A DNA stretch of 62,706 bases, counting the filler, from Chiloscyllium plagiosum (Eukaryota), in assembly GCF_004010195.1 (NCBI RefSeq). It is 4 parts of one record of this genome, joined end to end, with 100 filler letters (N's around TTAATTAATTAA, not from the genome) between each part and the next. Parts side by side here need not be neighbours in the genome. Positions count along the whole stretch, not along the records: positions 1 to 16,958 come from NC_057715.1; 3 more parts are not named here. One strand, written 5' to 3'. Below the pieces are notes generated by a model. It was not told the origin of the DNA. It saw only the letters and a program-made list of their open reading frames with translations, and did not search any database. A program made the translations under genes and the position numbers. Of this stretch, positions 1 to 11,200 are shown one piece after another. The first letter of the stretch is position 1. The number at the start of each line of letters is the position of its first letter.

Positions 1-300
1 TTCTCTTGAATCATCCTCGCAATCGTTTCTTCTACGTTTCTAGGACTATTAGGAGGCCTGTAAAAGACTCCTTACAGGGTGACCTCACCTTTCCTATTCC
101 TAACCTCAGCCCAAACTACCTCAGATGGCGAGTCTTCATCCATCGTCCTTTCCACCACTGTAATACTATCTTTGACAAGCAATGCCACACCTCCCCCTCT
201 TTTACCCCCACCTCTGACCCTACTAAAACATTTAAATCCTGGAACCTGCAACATTTCTGCCCACATTGCCCCTGTCCCTTTTATTCCATGGCTTACATCT
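1..300 (-). mobile_element. CR1 LINE ORF2 endonuclease fragment
   Basis: ORF 72-266 VPGFKCFSRVRGGGKRGGGVALLVK...VWAEVRNRKG. Confidence 0.8.
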
Positions 301-689
301 TATCCACGTCAGTCTGTCAAGTACCACAGTATCAGACATCTTCTGGAAATCCACATACATACAAATCTATGAATCATAGAGTCATGCAGCACAGAAACAG
401 GCCCTTTGGCCCACAATGTCTATGCTAACCAATAAAGACCAAACCATACTCGTCACATTTCCCGGTGGGAGCAGGAGGAGGCTATTCAGCTTCTCGAGGT
501 GGCTCCATCATTCAATAAGATCGTGGCTGATCTGATTGTAATCTCAAATCCCCATTCCCACATACCTTACACCTCTTGATCAACAAGAATCTCTCTGCAT
601 CTGCCTTCAAAATCTTCAAGGACTCTGGTTCCACCACCTTTCGCGAAGAGAGGGTCAAAAGCTCCTGACCTTCTGAAAACACACAGCTG

Positions 690-1050
690 TTCGAGTGGAA
701 GGAGAGCCAAGGCTATACTGAGGTCAGGAGCTGAAGGCCCAGGCAGAACCCAAACTGGGTGTCACTGAGCAGGTTATTGCTGAGCAGGTGCTGCTTGATG
801 AGACCTTCCATCACTTTACTGATGATCGAGAGTAGACTGATGGGGCAGTAACTAGCTGGATTGGATTTGTCCTGTTTTTATGGGACATACCTGGGCAATT
901 TTCCAGATTAGATGTTAGTGTTATAGCTGTACCGAAACACTTGGCTAGGGGAGCGGCAAGTTCTGGAGCACAAGTCTTCGGTCCTATTGCCGGAATGTTA
1001 TCAGGGCCCACTGCCTTTGTACTATCCAGTGTCTCTAACCATTCCTTTAT
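690..1050 (-). mobile_element. CR1/L2-group LINE RT fragment (second family)
   Basis: ORF 811-1086 LETLDSTKAVGPDNIPA...CAPELAAPLAK, a typical RT N-terminal motif. Confidence 0.7.
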
Positions 1051-1114
1051 GTAGAAACACAGAAAACAGGAACAGGAGTTGGCCACTTGGCCTTTCTTGC
1101 TCTGCCATTTAATA

Positions 1115-1910
1115 GGGGGTCAGGTACATGATTCTTTGAAAGTTGCATCACAGGTGGACAGAGTAGGTAAGAAGGCTTGTAGCATGCTTGCCTTCAGTGC
1201 TCAGACCTTTGAATTGGGATGTCATGGAGCAGTTGTACAGGACTTTAGTGAAGCCTTTTCTGGAGCACTATCTACAGTTCTGGTTGCCCTGCTACAGGAA
1301 TGATACTATTAAATCAGGGAGAGTTCAGAAAAGATTTATTAGGATGTTACCAGGACTGGAGGGTTTGAGTTAAATGGAGAGTCTGAATAGGCTAGTTTTT
1401 CACTAGAACGCAGGAGGTTGAGGTTATAGAGGTTTGTAAAAATTATCAGGAGTACGGATAAGGTGAATAGCAAAGGTCTTTTCTCTTGGGAAGGGGAGTT
1501 CAAAACTAGGGGGCATAATTTGAATGTGAGAGGAGAAAGTTTTATGCGGGACATGAGGGGCAACCTTTTTACACAGAGTGGTTTGTGTGTGGAATGAGTT
1601 GAGAGGAGGTGGTGGATGCAGGTACAGTTACAACATTTAAAAGACATGTACATGAATAGGAAAGGTATAGAGGGATATGGGCCTCTATATCTGGAAGATA
1701 GGACTAGAAGACAGTGAGATCTGCAGATGCTGGAGATCAGAGTCTAGATTAGAGTGGTGCTGAAAAAGCACAGCAGGTCAGGCAGCATCCGAGGAGCAGG
1801 AAAATTGATGTTTCAGGCCAGAGCCCTTCATCAGGAAGATAGGCTTAGTTTAGGAAACCTGGTCAGCATTGACAAGTTAGACCAAAGAGTCTGTTTCTGT
1901 GCTGTATGAA
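1115..1910 (+). mobile_element. CR1 (HER1-like) LINE 3' fragment, interrupted by a PLE-terminus insertion
   Basis: LYRTLVKPFLEHYLQFWLPCYRND...RVQKRFIRMLPGL and the CR1 3' tail. Confidence 0.8.
1708..1833 (-). mobile_element. Short Penelope-terminus insertion with a degenerate hammerhead motif
   Basis: Minus strand CTGATGAagggctctggcctGAAAcatc; flanked by ggaagataggactag (1693-1707) and ggaagataggcttag (1834-1848). Confidence 0.7.
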
Positions 1911-2204
1911 CTCCTTCAAATATTCAATGTTATCCTTAAACTGCAATCCCAGGCTCTGGACTGCCCCACCATTGGGAACATCCTTCCTGCTTCCACACTG
2001 TCCAGTCCTATTTATAGGTTTCTATGAGATCCCCTCATACTTCTAAACAAAAATCACGTGGAGTGAATTGAATTGGCTGAAGACTGGTGTCTGTGATACT
2101 GGGGACCACTGGATGAGGCTGAGATGGATCATCCACTCAGCACTTCTGAAGATTGCTTCAGCCTTTTGCCCTGATGTGCTGGGCTCCTCCATCATTGAGT
2201 TAGG

Positions 2205-2365
2205 ATGTGGAGCTACCGGTGTTGGACTGGGATGGACAAGGTCAGGAGTCACACCATCCCAGATTACAGTCCAACAGGTTCACCTGATGAAGGAGCAGTG
2301 CTCCAAAAGCTTGTGATTTCAAATAAACTTGTTGGACTATAACCTGGGGTCATGTGACTTCTGCC
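2205..2365 (+). mobile_element. Fold-back Penelope-terminus fragment (family B) with a degenerate hammerhead
   Basis: cacCTGATGAaggagcagtgctccAAAAgcttgtg at 2281-2315, between inverted copies of the gttggactataacctgg motif also seen at 49178. Confidence 0.6.
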
Positions 2366-2475
2366 TTTCTTCAGCGAGTTGTTTAATTCATGACTGGATA
2401 TGGCAGGACTGCAGAGTTTAGATCTGATCTGTTGGTTGTGGGATCACTTAGCTCTGTCTATCACTTGCTGCTTAT

Positions 2476-2905
2476 ATCATAGATCCCCCACAGCGTGGAA
2501 GCAGGCCATTCAGTCCATCGAGTCCACACTGACCCTCCGAAGAGTATCCCACCCAGATCCACGCCCCTACCCAATCTCTGTAACCCTGAATTTCCCATGG
2601 CCAATCCATCTAACTTAAACATCATCATCACCATAGAATAGAATCTCTACAGTATGGAAATAGGCCATTTGACCAATAAGTCCACACTGACCCATTCCCC
2701 TACCGTATTATTTCCCATGATGAACCACATATTCCTTGAACACTATGGACAATTTAGCATGGTTAATCCACCCGAACTTGCACATCTTTGGAACATGGGA
2801 GGAAACCAGAGCACCCGGTGGAAACCCTCACAGTCGCCCAAGGGTGGAATTGAACCCAGATGCCCACATTGTAAGGCAGCAGTGCTAATTACTGAGCCAC
2901 CATGC
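2476..2905 (-). mobile_element. Two degraded HE1/V-SINE copies in tandem
   Basis: Reverse-complement similarity to the full SINE at 17614-17949 (tRNA-like head near 2840-2905, tails near 2480 and 2640). Confidence 0.65.
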
Positions 2906-3183
2906 CTCCCCTCCCCCAGTGCTGTTGAGAATGCAAGTAGTCCTGTTTGGTGGCTTCACCAGGTTGACCCAGTGTGGGACAATGCCATTGGTTTAAGATT
3001 GAGATGATTGGGATGACCCTTCTGAATTGTGTCCCTTCAGCAGAGACATCGTGCTCTCTCTCTCTCTGTGTCTCTCCTTCTTACACTCTCTCTATGATCT
3101 ACTCTCTTTATGTCTCTCACTCCCTCTGTTACTTGGTCTTTCTCTCATACTCTCTCTCAGCTGCTCTCTCTCTGTCTTGGCAG

Positions 3184-4908
3184 GAGAACAAACAACGTGC
3201 TCTGTTGGAGAGGAAACGTCGAGAGAGGGAGAAGGAGGAGAAGAAAGCTAAGCGGATCTCGATTGCGAGCTGCTCTCACATGGAGAAGGATCTAGGAGGT
3301 GGAGATCTGGAGTCACTATTGCGTAGCAACCAGAACTCATTCCGACTGAAGAGCAGCCGACAGCGAGAAGGCCCGATCCCCAGGAGCCAGTCACTGAAGC
3401 AAATTCGGGCAAGAAGTGAACAAAGTGATTCAGGGAATGGCTCCCTGACCCGTGATGATGCTCAGATGCTGAGGGAAGTTTCTAAGAAGCTGCTCAGTTT
3501 CCAGGTTGGAGCAGGGAATTCTGGGCAGCGGCACAAACAGTGCAAATTTGCCCAGACCTTACGGATCTCGGAGGAATGCAATGAGTTAATGAAGGGCAGC
3601 ACTACCCAGACTAATGGGCATGCTGAGGTGGGTCGGGAGCAGGAGGAGGGGCTGCTGGGATCTGGGGCATCCAGGCCTGGGACAGCAGGGTCTGGGCTGG
3701 CAGAAGTCCCTGCTCTTGGGGAGTCGGAACATTCTGGCAGTCTGGTCCCAGCAGCAGCCCAGCAGCCGAGCAGCCCAGTCCCACCAGCAGCCCAGCAGCC
3801 GGGCAGCCCAGTCCCAGCAGCAACCCAGCAGCTGGGCAGCCCAGTCCCAGCAGCAGCCCAGCAGCCAGGCAGCCAAGTCCCAGCAGCAGCCCAGCAGCCG
3901 GGCAGCCTGGTCCCAGCAGTAAACCAAGAGCATGGGAGCATGATCCCAACAGCAGCCCAGCAGCTTGGCAGCTCAGTCCCAGCAGCAGCCCAGAAGCCTA
4001 GCAGCCAAGTTCCAGCAGCAGCCCAGCAGCTTGGCAGCCAAGTCCCAGCAGCAGTCCAGCAGCCGGGCAGTCCAGTCCCAGCAGCAGCCCAGCAGCCTGG
4101 CAGCCTGGTCCCAGCAGCGATCCAGCAGCCTGGCAACCAAGTCCCAGCAGCAGTCCAACAGCCTGGCAGCCAAGTTCCAGCAGCAGCCCAGCAGCCGGGC
4201 AGCCTAGTCCCAGCAGCAGCCCAGCAGTCGGGTAGTCCGCCGCTTTCCCTCTCTGGAGGTTTTCCGATGGGAATGGATATGGAGTCAGGAACCAGGGCAG
4301 GAGGTTCTACCATGAGCTGTGTCCCTGATCCTGGAGCAGCTCCCTCGCAGTACAATCTGACTCCATTCCCTCTTGCTGGGAATTCTCCTGATTCTGAACA
4401 AGAGCAGAAATCATTGCCTTCAAACCCCCCTGCCAAAGCTCAGTATCCATCAGCCTCCTCAGCCAGGGTCTTCCGGAAAGATTTCTCCCACAGTTTCTCT
4501 GGAGACAAGCCTAGACCTGCAGCCAGGAAACGCTCCCTCACTCGTGGTTTCTCTGCAGACAAGGTACCATCTTCCCCAGCTGTCAGGAAATTCTCTATCC
4601 CCATTGCACCCAAATCGGTGAAGCCTACCACAGTCAACAAGCCAACCCAGAAGGATGAGGCAAAGGCTGAACAGTCCCAAACTTGGAAGCTTTCCAGTTT
4701 CTTCAGCAAAAAAAACAGCAAAGCATCAATGCAGGAGTCTGCCACAGACGGGAGAGTGAGAAAAGAGGTGCCAGAAAGCCCCACTTATGGCACTAACCCC
4801 TTGGCAAACTTTTTTAAACGTTTCAGTGACAGCAAAACAACTAAACACAAAAATCCATCAAATGCCACTATGGTGCCAAAAACAGACGATGGGAATGAGG
4901 CATCTTAA
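3184..4908 (+). CDS. Terminal coding exon (574 aa) of a probable FH2-domain formin (FHDC1/INF2-like C-terminal tail)
   Basis: Long CT-rich tract and cag acceptor at 3181-3183, then a 1725-nt open frame ending in TAA; starts ENKQRALLERKRREREKEEKKAKRISIASCS, resembling the EN+charged coiled coil that follows formin FH2 domains; DAD/WH2-like DLESLLRSNQNSFRLKS. The FH2 exons are not in the window, so identity is inferred. Confidence 0.65.
   Translation, partial: ENKQRALLERKRREREKEEKKAKRISIASCSHMEKDLGGGDLESLLRSNQNSFRLKSSRQREGPIPRSQSLKQIRARSEQSDSGNGSLTRDDAQMLREVSKKLLSFQVGAGNSGQRHKQCKFAQTLRISEECNELMKGSTTQTNGHAEVGREQEEGLLGSGASRPGTAGSGLAEVPALGESEHSGSLVPAAAQQPSSPVPPAAQQPGSPVPAATQQLGSPVPAAAQQPGSQVPAAAQQPGSLVPAVNQEHGSMIPTAAQQLGSSVPAAAQKPSSQVPAAAQQLGSQVPAAVQQPGSPVPAAAQQPGSLVPAAIQQPGNQVPAAVQQPGSQVPAAAQQPGSLVPAAAQQSGSPPLSLSGGFPMGMDMESGTRAGGSTMSCVPDPGAAPSQYNLTPFPLAGNSPDSEQEQKSLPSNPPAKAQYPSASSARVFRKDFSHSFSGDKPRPAARKRSLTRGFSADKVPSSPAVRKFSIPIAPKSVKPTTVNKPTQKDEAKAEQSQTWKLSSFFSKKNSKASMQESATDGRVRKEVPESPTYGTNPLANFFKRFSDSKTTKHKNPSNATMVPKTDDGNEAS
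3733..4227 (+). repeat. Coding tandem repeat, 15 x 33 nt (consensus PGSxVPAAAQQ)
   Basis: Counted in the translation; 495 nt with no indels. Confidence 0.95.
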
Positions 4909-5715
4909 CCCCTGAGTGATACGGGGGGTTGGGGGGAGAAGGGGTACATGGGAGTTAGCACCTCTGCTGTTCTGCCAATGGCCTGAGCAGAAATGCAGCA
5001 TACACTGGCTTCATCAACCATCCATCAACAAATAGATGGAGTTTCATTGAGTGTCCTCCATGTGTAAGGGATCAGAGAGGGTCAAAGGTCTGTAGTTCCA
5101 GGAGTGACCGATAGAGAGTGTCCATCATTCAGTGATTGAGGTGAGAGCTGGAAACAGACAAATGTAGCAGGAAATTTAGAAATCTGTTCAAGTCCGAGTG
5201 GGTCAATGAGTGGGGAACTGGCAGTGAGGGTTGATGATCTCTTTTTATCGATTGGCTGAGAGGAAGATGATTTGAAGAGGAGCCAGTCAATAAGGAACAA
5301 GAGCAGACCACTCAGCCTTTTGAACATACTCTGCCATTCAATAATAATCCATTCAACAATAATTCAATAATTATTCATGGCTGATTGCATTTTAACCTGA
5401 ACTCTCCATTCTGACATATTCCTGAGAATCTCTCATCCCCTTGGTCATAAAGAATCTGTCCATTTCTGCCTTGAAGTGATAACTCATCCAATCACCATCC
5501 TCCCATTGATGGAAAATTGGTATTTATGAAAGATTAAGATGTACAATGTTTTTGACAGTTCAGCGAATGTGGAGTGAATTGTGTAACATATTACATTTGA
5601 AAATATCATATTGGGATGTGGAGAGTCTATTTCTAGAACACGATGGCTGCTGGTGTCTCCAAACTCAGAGACTGAGTCGATTCTTTACTGATGTTAAGTC
5701 CATAGGGATTAAAGG

Positions 5716-5845
5716 GAGAAAGTGAGCACTGCAGATGCTGGAGATCAGAGTCGAGAGAGTGGTGCTGGAAAAGCACAGCAGGTCAGGCAGCATCCGAGGA
5801 GCAGAAGAATTGACATTTTGGGCATAAGTCCTTCATCAGGAATGT
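5716..5845 (-). mobile_element. Penelope-terminus fragment (family A) with a degenerate hammerhead
   Basis: gagaaagtgagcactgcagatgctggagatcag...ggcataagtccttcatcaggaatg, homologous to 10052 and 46832. Confidence 0.7.
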
Positions 5846-7624
5846 AGGGACTATATCCTCATTCACCTCCCCAGCCAGTCACCTCAAACTGATCGAATAA
5901 CAAAGGATTTGCTGAGGGCTTCACCAATGATTTTGCAGAGGGACTGCACTGGTACGTTTCTGTATTGAATAACTGGGATTAATCCACAGTCAGGAATCTC
6001 GTGTGTTAAAGTGAAACATCTTCATTTGAGCATGATATCTCACACATCCATCCATCATTTTCCTGTTATAACCATATTCATAATAGAATATTTTTAATGT
6101 AAATTGTCATGATGGAATTCTACCATCCCACCAATGGCAGTTCCTGTTGGAAATGTAAATGTTGAATTTATAATGAAAAGTCACCTAAAATAAACCAGCC
6201 TTTGAAACTGGAGCTGATAGGTGTTGAATTGAACAATATCTGCACTTTCTTTCATCCACACCCACAGGGACGTGTCCTGTCAAATTACTCTGTCGTATCA
6301 CATTGCCTCTGTAATATTTCTGTTTTCCACGGTTTCTCTGATTCCTGATTGAAAGTTCTGAGTGAATTTCCATCCATCGCCCACTCAGACAGTGTGCCCT
6401 AAATCACAGTCTACCATGTCAAAAAAAACTTCCCTTTCTGGTCCTTATCCTTGACTTCCTTAAAACTGAATCATTGAACCAAGGAATTGGTTACACAGAA
6501 GGTGACCACTTGTCCCACAGTGCCTGTGCTGCCTATCTGCAAGAGCACCTCCACCTGTTCTATTTCGCTGCCCTTCCTCGGGGCATTTCGACCATTTGTT
6601 GTTGATCAGGTTGTTCTGACTGAGGGAGTGGCTTACTCTGATCCCACTGTGCCATGAGCTGCTACATCAAATAAAAATATTGTTCCCAGTTATCAAGGTG
6701 GCCAGTTCTATAATTCCCTGTCTCAAGGTTTAAACAGCAAGATTAATTAGCCAGGCTCCTCTATTAACATAGTTTATTGTCTAAATAAATTGTATTCAAT
6801 GAAGAGACACTAATAGGCTCACACAGAGTCAGTGGATTATTCTTGAGGGCAAAAGCATAAAGTGTGGAATGTTCTGGAATCTGCTGCTCTGGCACACATA
6901 CTTTTTGAAGTCTTGCAGATACAGTTTGCTCAGGAAATACAATCTTGAGGTGTTCCTTCAATCACTCTCCAAACAAGTAAATACCTTTCACCCTGATCTG
7001 CTGTTGAGGAATTTCTTTTTTGGAAATGGGAAGGATCAACTAGTCAGCTTGTCTCTCACAGGCTTTTCTCCAGCCAAGGCAGCTTTCTGTGTTCCCTCCA
7101 CATTCTTCCTAAACCACAAAACCCATAACTAGACACAGTGCTCCAGCTGAAGCCAGACTAGCGATGGTCCGCTTCTGGATTATTTTACATCTCTCCAAAT
7201 CTCTTGCCACTGGAAATAGTTCTTCCTTTACTTGATCCAAACCCCTCACCAATTGGATATCCGAATTAAATCTCCTCTTAACCTTCCCTGTTCTACAGAG
7301 AATAATCCTGGCATCTGCATTCTCTCCAGCTTCACTGAAGTAAGAACCATTTGGCGGTTATTTTCCTGCTCGTTCTATTGACTGACAGTCACAGGAACAA
7401 AAGCAATGATACTTGCCCAGCTCCCAATATCCTGCAGCAAATTCAAATCTTTCCTGAGGCCTCTCTGTTTGACTGGACTCCTTGGTTTGGTCTTCTCTCA
7501 GTGAAGATGCACATTTCCCTTCATGTCCTGAGGCTGACATGTCTTCAGAGCTGTGAGACTGTGAGCTCTGACTGGTCTGAACCAGCTCCTAGCTGGAAGG
7601 AAATATCCTGTCTATCTCCTCTTC

Positions 7625-8235
7625 CGCAAGTAGATAGGATAATGAAGAAGGCGTTTGTTAAGCTTTCCTTTATTGGTCAGAGTACTGAGTACAGGAGTTG
7701 GGAGGTCATGCTGTGGCTGAACAGGACATTGGTTAGGCCACTTTTGGAATATTGCGTGCAATTCTGGTCTCCCTGCTATTGTAAGATGTTGTGAAACTTG
7801 AAAGGGTTCAGAAAATATTTACAAGGATGTTGCCAGGGTTGGAGGATTTGAGCTATAGGGAGAGGTTGAACAGACTGGGGCTGTTTTCCCTGGAGCGTCG
7901 GAGGCTGAGGGGTGACCTTACAGAGATTTACAAAATTATGAAGGGCATGGATAGGATGAATAGACACAGTCTTTTCCCTGGGGTCGGGGAGTCCAGAACT
8001 AGAGGGCATAGGTTTAGGGTGAGAGGGGAAAGATATAAAAGGGATCTTAGCGGCAATGTTTTCATGCAGAGGATGGTACGTGTATGGAATGAGCTGCCAG
8101 AGGAAGTGGTCGAGGCTGGTACAATTGCAACATTTAAGAGGCATTTGGATGGGTTTATGAATAGGAAAGGTTTGGAGGGATATGGGCCAGGTGCTGGCAG
8201 GTGGGACTAGATTGGGTTGGGATATCTGGTCGGCA
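7625..8235 (+). mobile_element. CR1 (HER1-like) LINE 3' end
   Basis: LVRPLLEYCVQFWSP, LERVQKIFTRMLPGL, LERRRLRGDL, WNELPEEVV. Confidence 0.9.
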
Positions 8236-11200
8236 TAGCAGGGGTAGAGGCAGAGACTGACTCCTCCAAGAGCTGGATCGAAGCCCTGGAAACACAGGTC
8301 CGGGGTCTGTTGAATCTGGTAGATGATCTCGAAAACAGGGGCAGAAGAAAGAACCTGCAATTGTTGGCACACTAGAGGGGCAGAAGGTGAACGGCTGGTG
8401 GAGCTCTTTGGTAAGTGGTTCATTGAATTCCTTGGTTTGGAGGTTGAGAAGGGAAGGATAAAAATTGAAAGAGCCCACTGGACCGTGGCACAAAAGCCAG
8501 GTGCGGATCAGCATCCACACACTGTCCTGGTGAGGTTCCATCATTATAAAGACAAGCAGAGGGTCATGGAAGCTTCCAGAGCCCAGGCAGGGACCCGAGG
8601 GCATTGGTGTGTGGGGGCTCCAGGGTCATGTTCTTTCAGGACTTTTCGGCAGCAGTGATCTGGAAAAGGAAGTCCTACGATGGCGTCAAGAAGAGATTGA
8701 GTGAGCTTGGGATCCAGTATTCTTTTAGATATTCAGCAGTGCTTTGGCTCAATCATAATGGATCCATACATTTGTTCGACTCACCAGAGAAAGTGAAGAA
8801 CCTTTTGGACACGCTGACTTAAGTCGAACGGCCGAGTAGGTGTAGAGGACAGAGCTGTTCGGGTTTGTTCTTTAAAAATGACTTGGTGGAGTCTCCATTC
8901 TGGTAATAAGTTATGTGAAATGATGTCCGGGATGGGGAGAGTATTTATCTTTAATCTCTAAGTTATGTGAAGGGATGGGTGACATATTTGTTTTACTTGT
9001 CTATAGTACTAACCTTGCTCTTGGTGTTTTCTTTTTTCTACCGGGTGGTGGGTGTATGTGGTGCGACCCTAGCTGGTAGGAGTTGAGGGGGTGGTTGGGA
9101 TGGTGGGTAGGATGTGTAGGTACCCCCTTTGAATGGGGAGTAATTCCTCCAATCAGTGCCTTGGGCGATTTTTTGTTTTTCTGTTTTTGCTATATATAGT
9201 TTTTGTAAGTTTTGTAGATTTGTTGGCTGTAGTTATTTTAGTCTGTAGTTTTTGGGATTTGTGAATTTTTTTTGCATTAAAGCTCAGCTATCTATAGTTT
9301 GGATTCTTCCTCTCTGGAGTCTAAATGGTGCTATAGAACATTATGGCTAGGGATGTGTTTAAGTGGTGCTCCTGGAATATTAAGGGGAGTCACTCGCTGG
9401 CAAGAGGAGGAAGGTACTTTCCAGCCTTAAAAGGCAGAGGGTGGATGTTGCCTTATTACAAGAAACACACTTGGATGATGCAGAGCATTTGAAACTGCAA
9501 CAGAATGGCTATGACCAGGTTTATTTTTCACCTTTCAATACGAGGAGTAGAGGGATGGCCATTCTAGTTAGAAAGAATCTCCCATTTAAGTTATTAGAGT
9601 GTATTAAATACACACAGGAGATTTGTAATCCTTAAAGCTCTGGTACATGGGGAAGAATACAGGATCTTAAATGTTTACTGTTCCCCCGGCCCACCCCCTT
9701 AAACTTTTGACAGACACACTTTCTAGACTGGTTAACTTTGTATCTCAACATATTATCGTAGGTGGGGATTTCAACTGTCTCATATTCACTATGGTAGACA
9801 GATTGCCCAAAGGCCCTCCGATATCTTCTTTACGATCTAAGCAATTAAGGGATTTGTGTGCTGAATTGGGGTTGGTAGGTGTTTGGAGGCACCTTCACCC
9901 CACTGGCAGGGACTTCACATTCTTTTCAAACCCATATAAATGCCATACCAGGATTGACCTTTTTCTGATCCCCGCAGCACATCTGGGCTCGGTGGAGTCA
10001 TGTACAACTGGCAAGGTCACTATTTCCGATCAAGCCCTAGTGTATTTAATGAGGAGAAAGTGAGGTCTGCAGATGCTGGAGATCAGAGCTGAAAATGTGT
10101 TGCTGGAAAAGCGCAGCAGGTCAGGCAACATCCAGGGAACAGGAGAATCGACGTTTCGGGCATTCCTGAAGAAGGGCTTATGCCTGAAACGTCGATTCTC
10201 CTGTTCCCTGGATGCTGCCTGACCTGCTGCGCTTTTCCAGCAACACATTTTCAGCTAGTGTATTTAATGGTCAAGAATAAGGATACGGTGGTAGGCTTGA
10301 GGCACTGCCAACTGGACCCCTTGATCCTCAAGGATAGCAAGTTTACTGAATTATTTTCTACTGAGTTCAGGGCTTTTTTAGACATTAATTCAGACTCAGC
10401 CAATAACCCATCCATTCTCTGGGAAACAGCTAAAGCCTATGCCAGGGGGTTGGTTATTTCCTCTCCAGCCAGTAAGAAGTGGCAGATGGGTGAGCAGCAA
10501 TGCTTGCTCGAGATGCGTCTGAAAGTAGCTGAAAAGGCAAACTTTGACAGGCCCTCGCTGGTTAAACTGCAGAGGATCACAGTGCATCAGGCAATGCTGA
10601 ACTCTATGCTCACATGGACAGCAAAGGGGGAGCTTACATTTGCAAGACAAAGGCTGTTTGAACATGGGGACAAGTACCTCGTGTACCTTGCAAGGAAAAG
10701 GAGTGCCCCCCAAGTCATTATTTCGATCAGGGGGGACACTGGAAATTTAAACCATGATTCTAAAAGGATTAATGCAGCATTCTGGAAGTTTTACTCTGAA
10801 CTATACCAATCTGAAAGCTGTGAGAGTGGGCGGGTTAGGATGGAGTCTTTTTTTAAGAATGTGGACCTTCCGGGAGTGACACCTGAACAAGAGTCTCTCC
10901 TCAATGCCCCGTTGTCAGAGCAAGAGGTGCAGGAGGCTGTGAGGCAGCTCCAGGATGGGAAGGCGCCGGTCCTGACAGGCTTCCCAGTGAGTTGTATGAG
11001 GAATTTATAAGTATATTGTCAGGGCCGATGCTTATTATGTTTAATGACTCACATAGTCATGGCCTCCTCCCACCATCTCGAGGAGAGGTGAACATTTCTC
11101 TCATCCTTAAAAAAGAGAAGGCCCGGAGGATTGTACTTCCTATATGCCCATTTCACTCCTGAATATTGACTGAAAATCCTATCCAAGACTCTGCCATGAA

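Noticed and set aside
2974..3183. N-terminal 70 aa of the 644-aa ORF
   Set aside because: This is a CT-rich polypyrimidine tract and repeat remnant ending in a cag acceptor; it is intronic and open by chance.
3462..4436. 324-aa antisense ORF (GCWAAAGT repeats) and other overlapping frames
   Set aside because: Shadow frames of the stop-poor 33-nt coding repeat; no independent coding evidence.
6189..6789. AATAAA hexamers at 6189, 6670 and 6784 as the poly(A) signal of the plus-strand gene
   Set aside because: Plausible, but they cannot be told apart from chance in AT-rich sequence without 3'-end data.
10052..10254. Pre-miRNA or DNA-transposon MITE
   Set aside because: The arms are multi-copy PLE termini, the inversion is asymmetric and the TSD is 15 bp; there is no small-RNA evidence.
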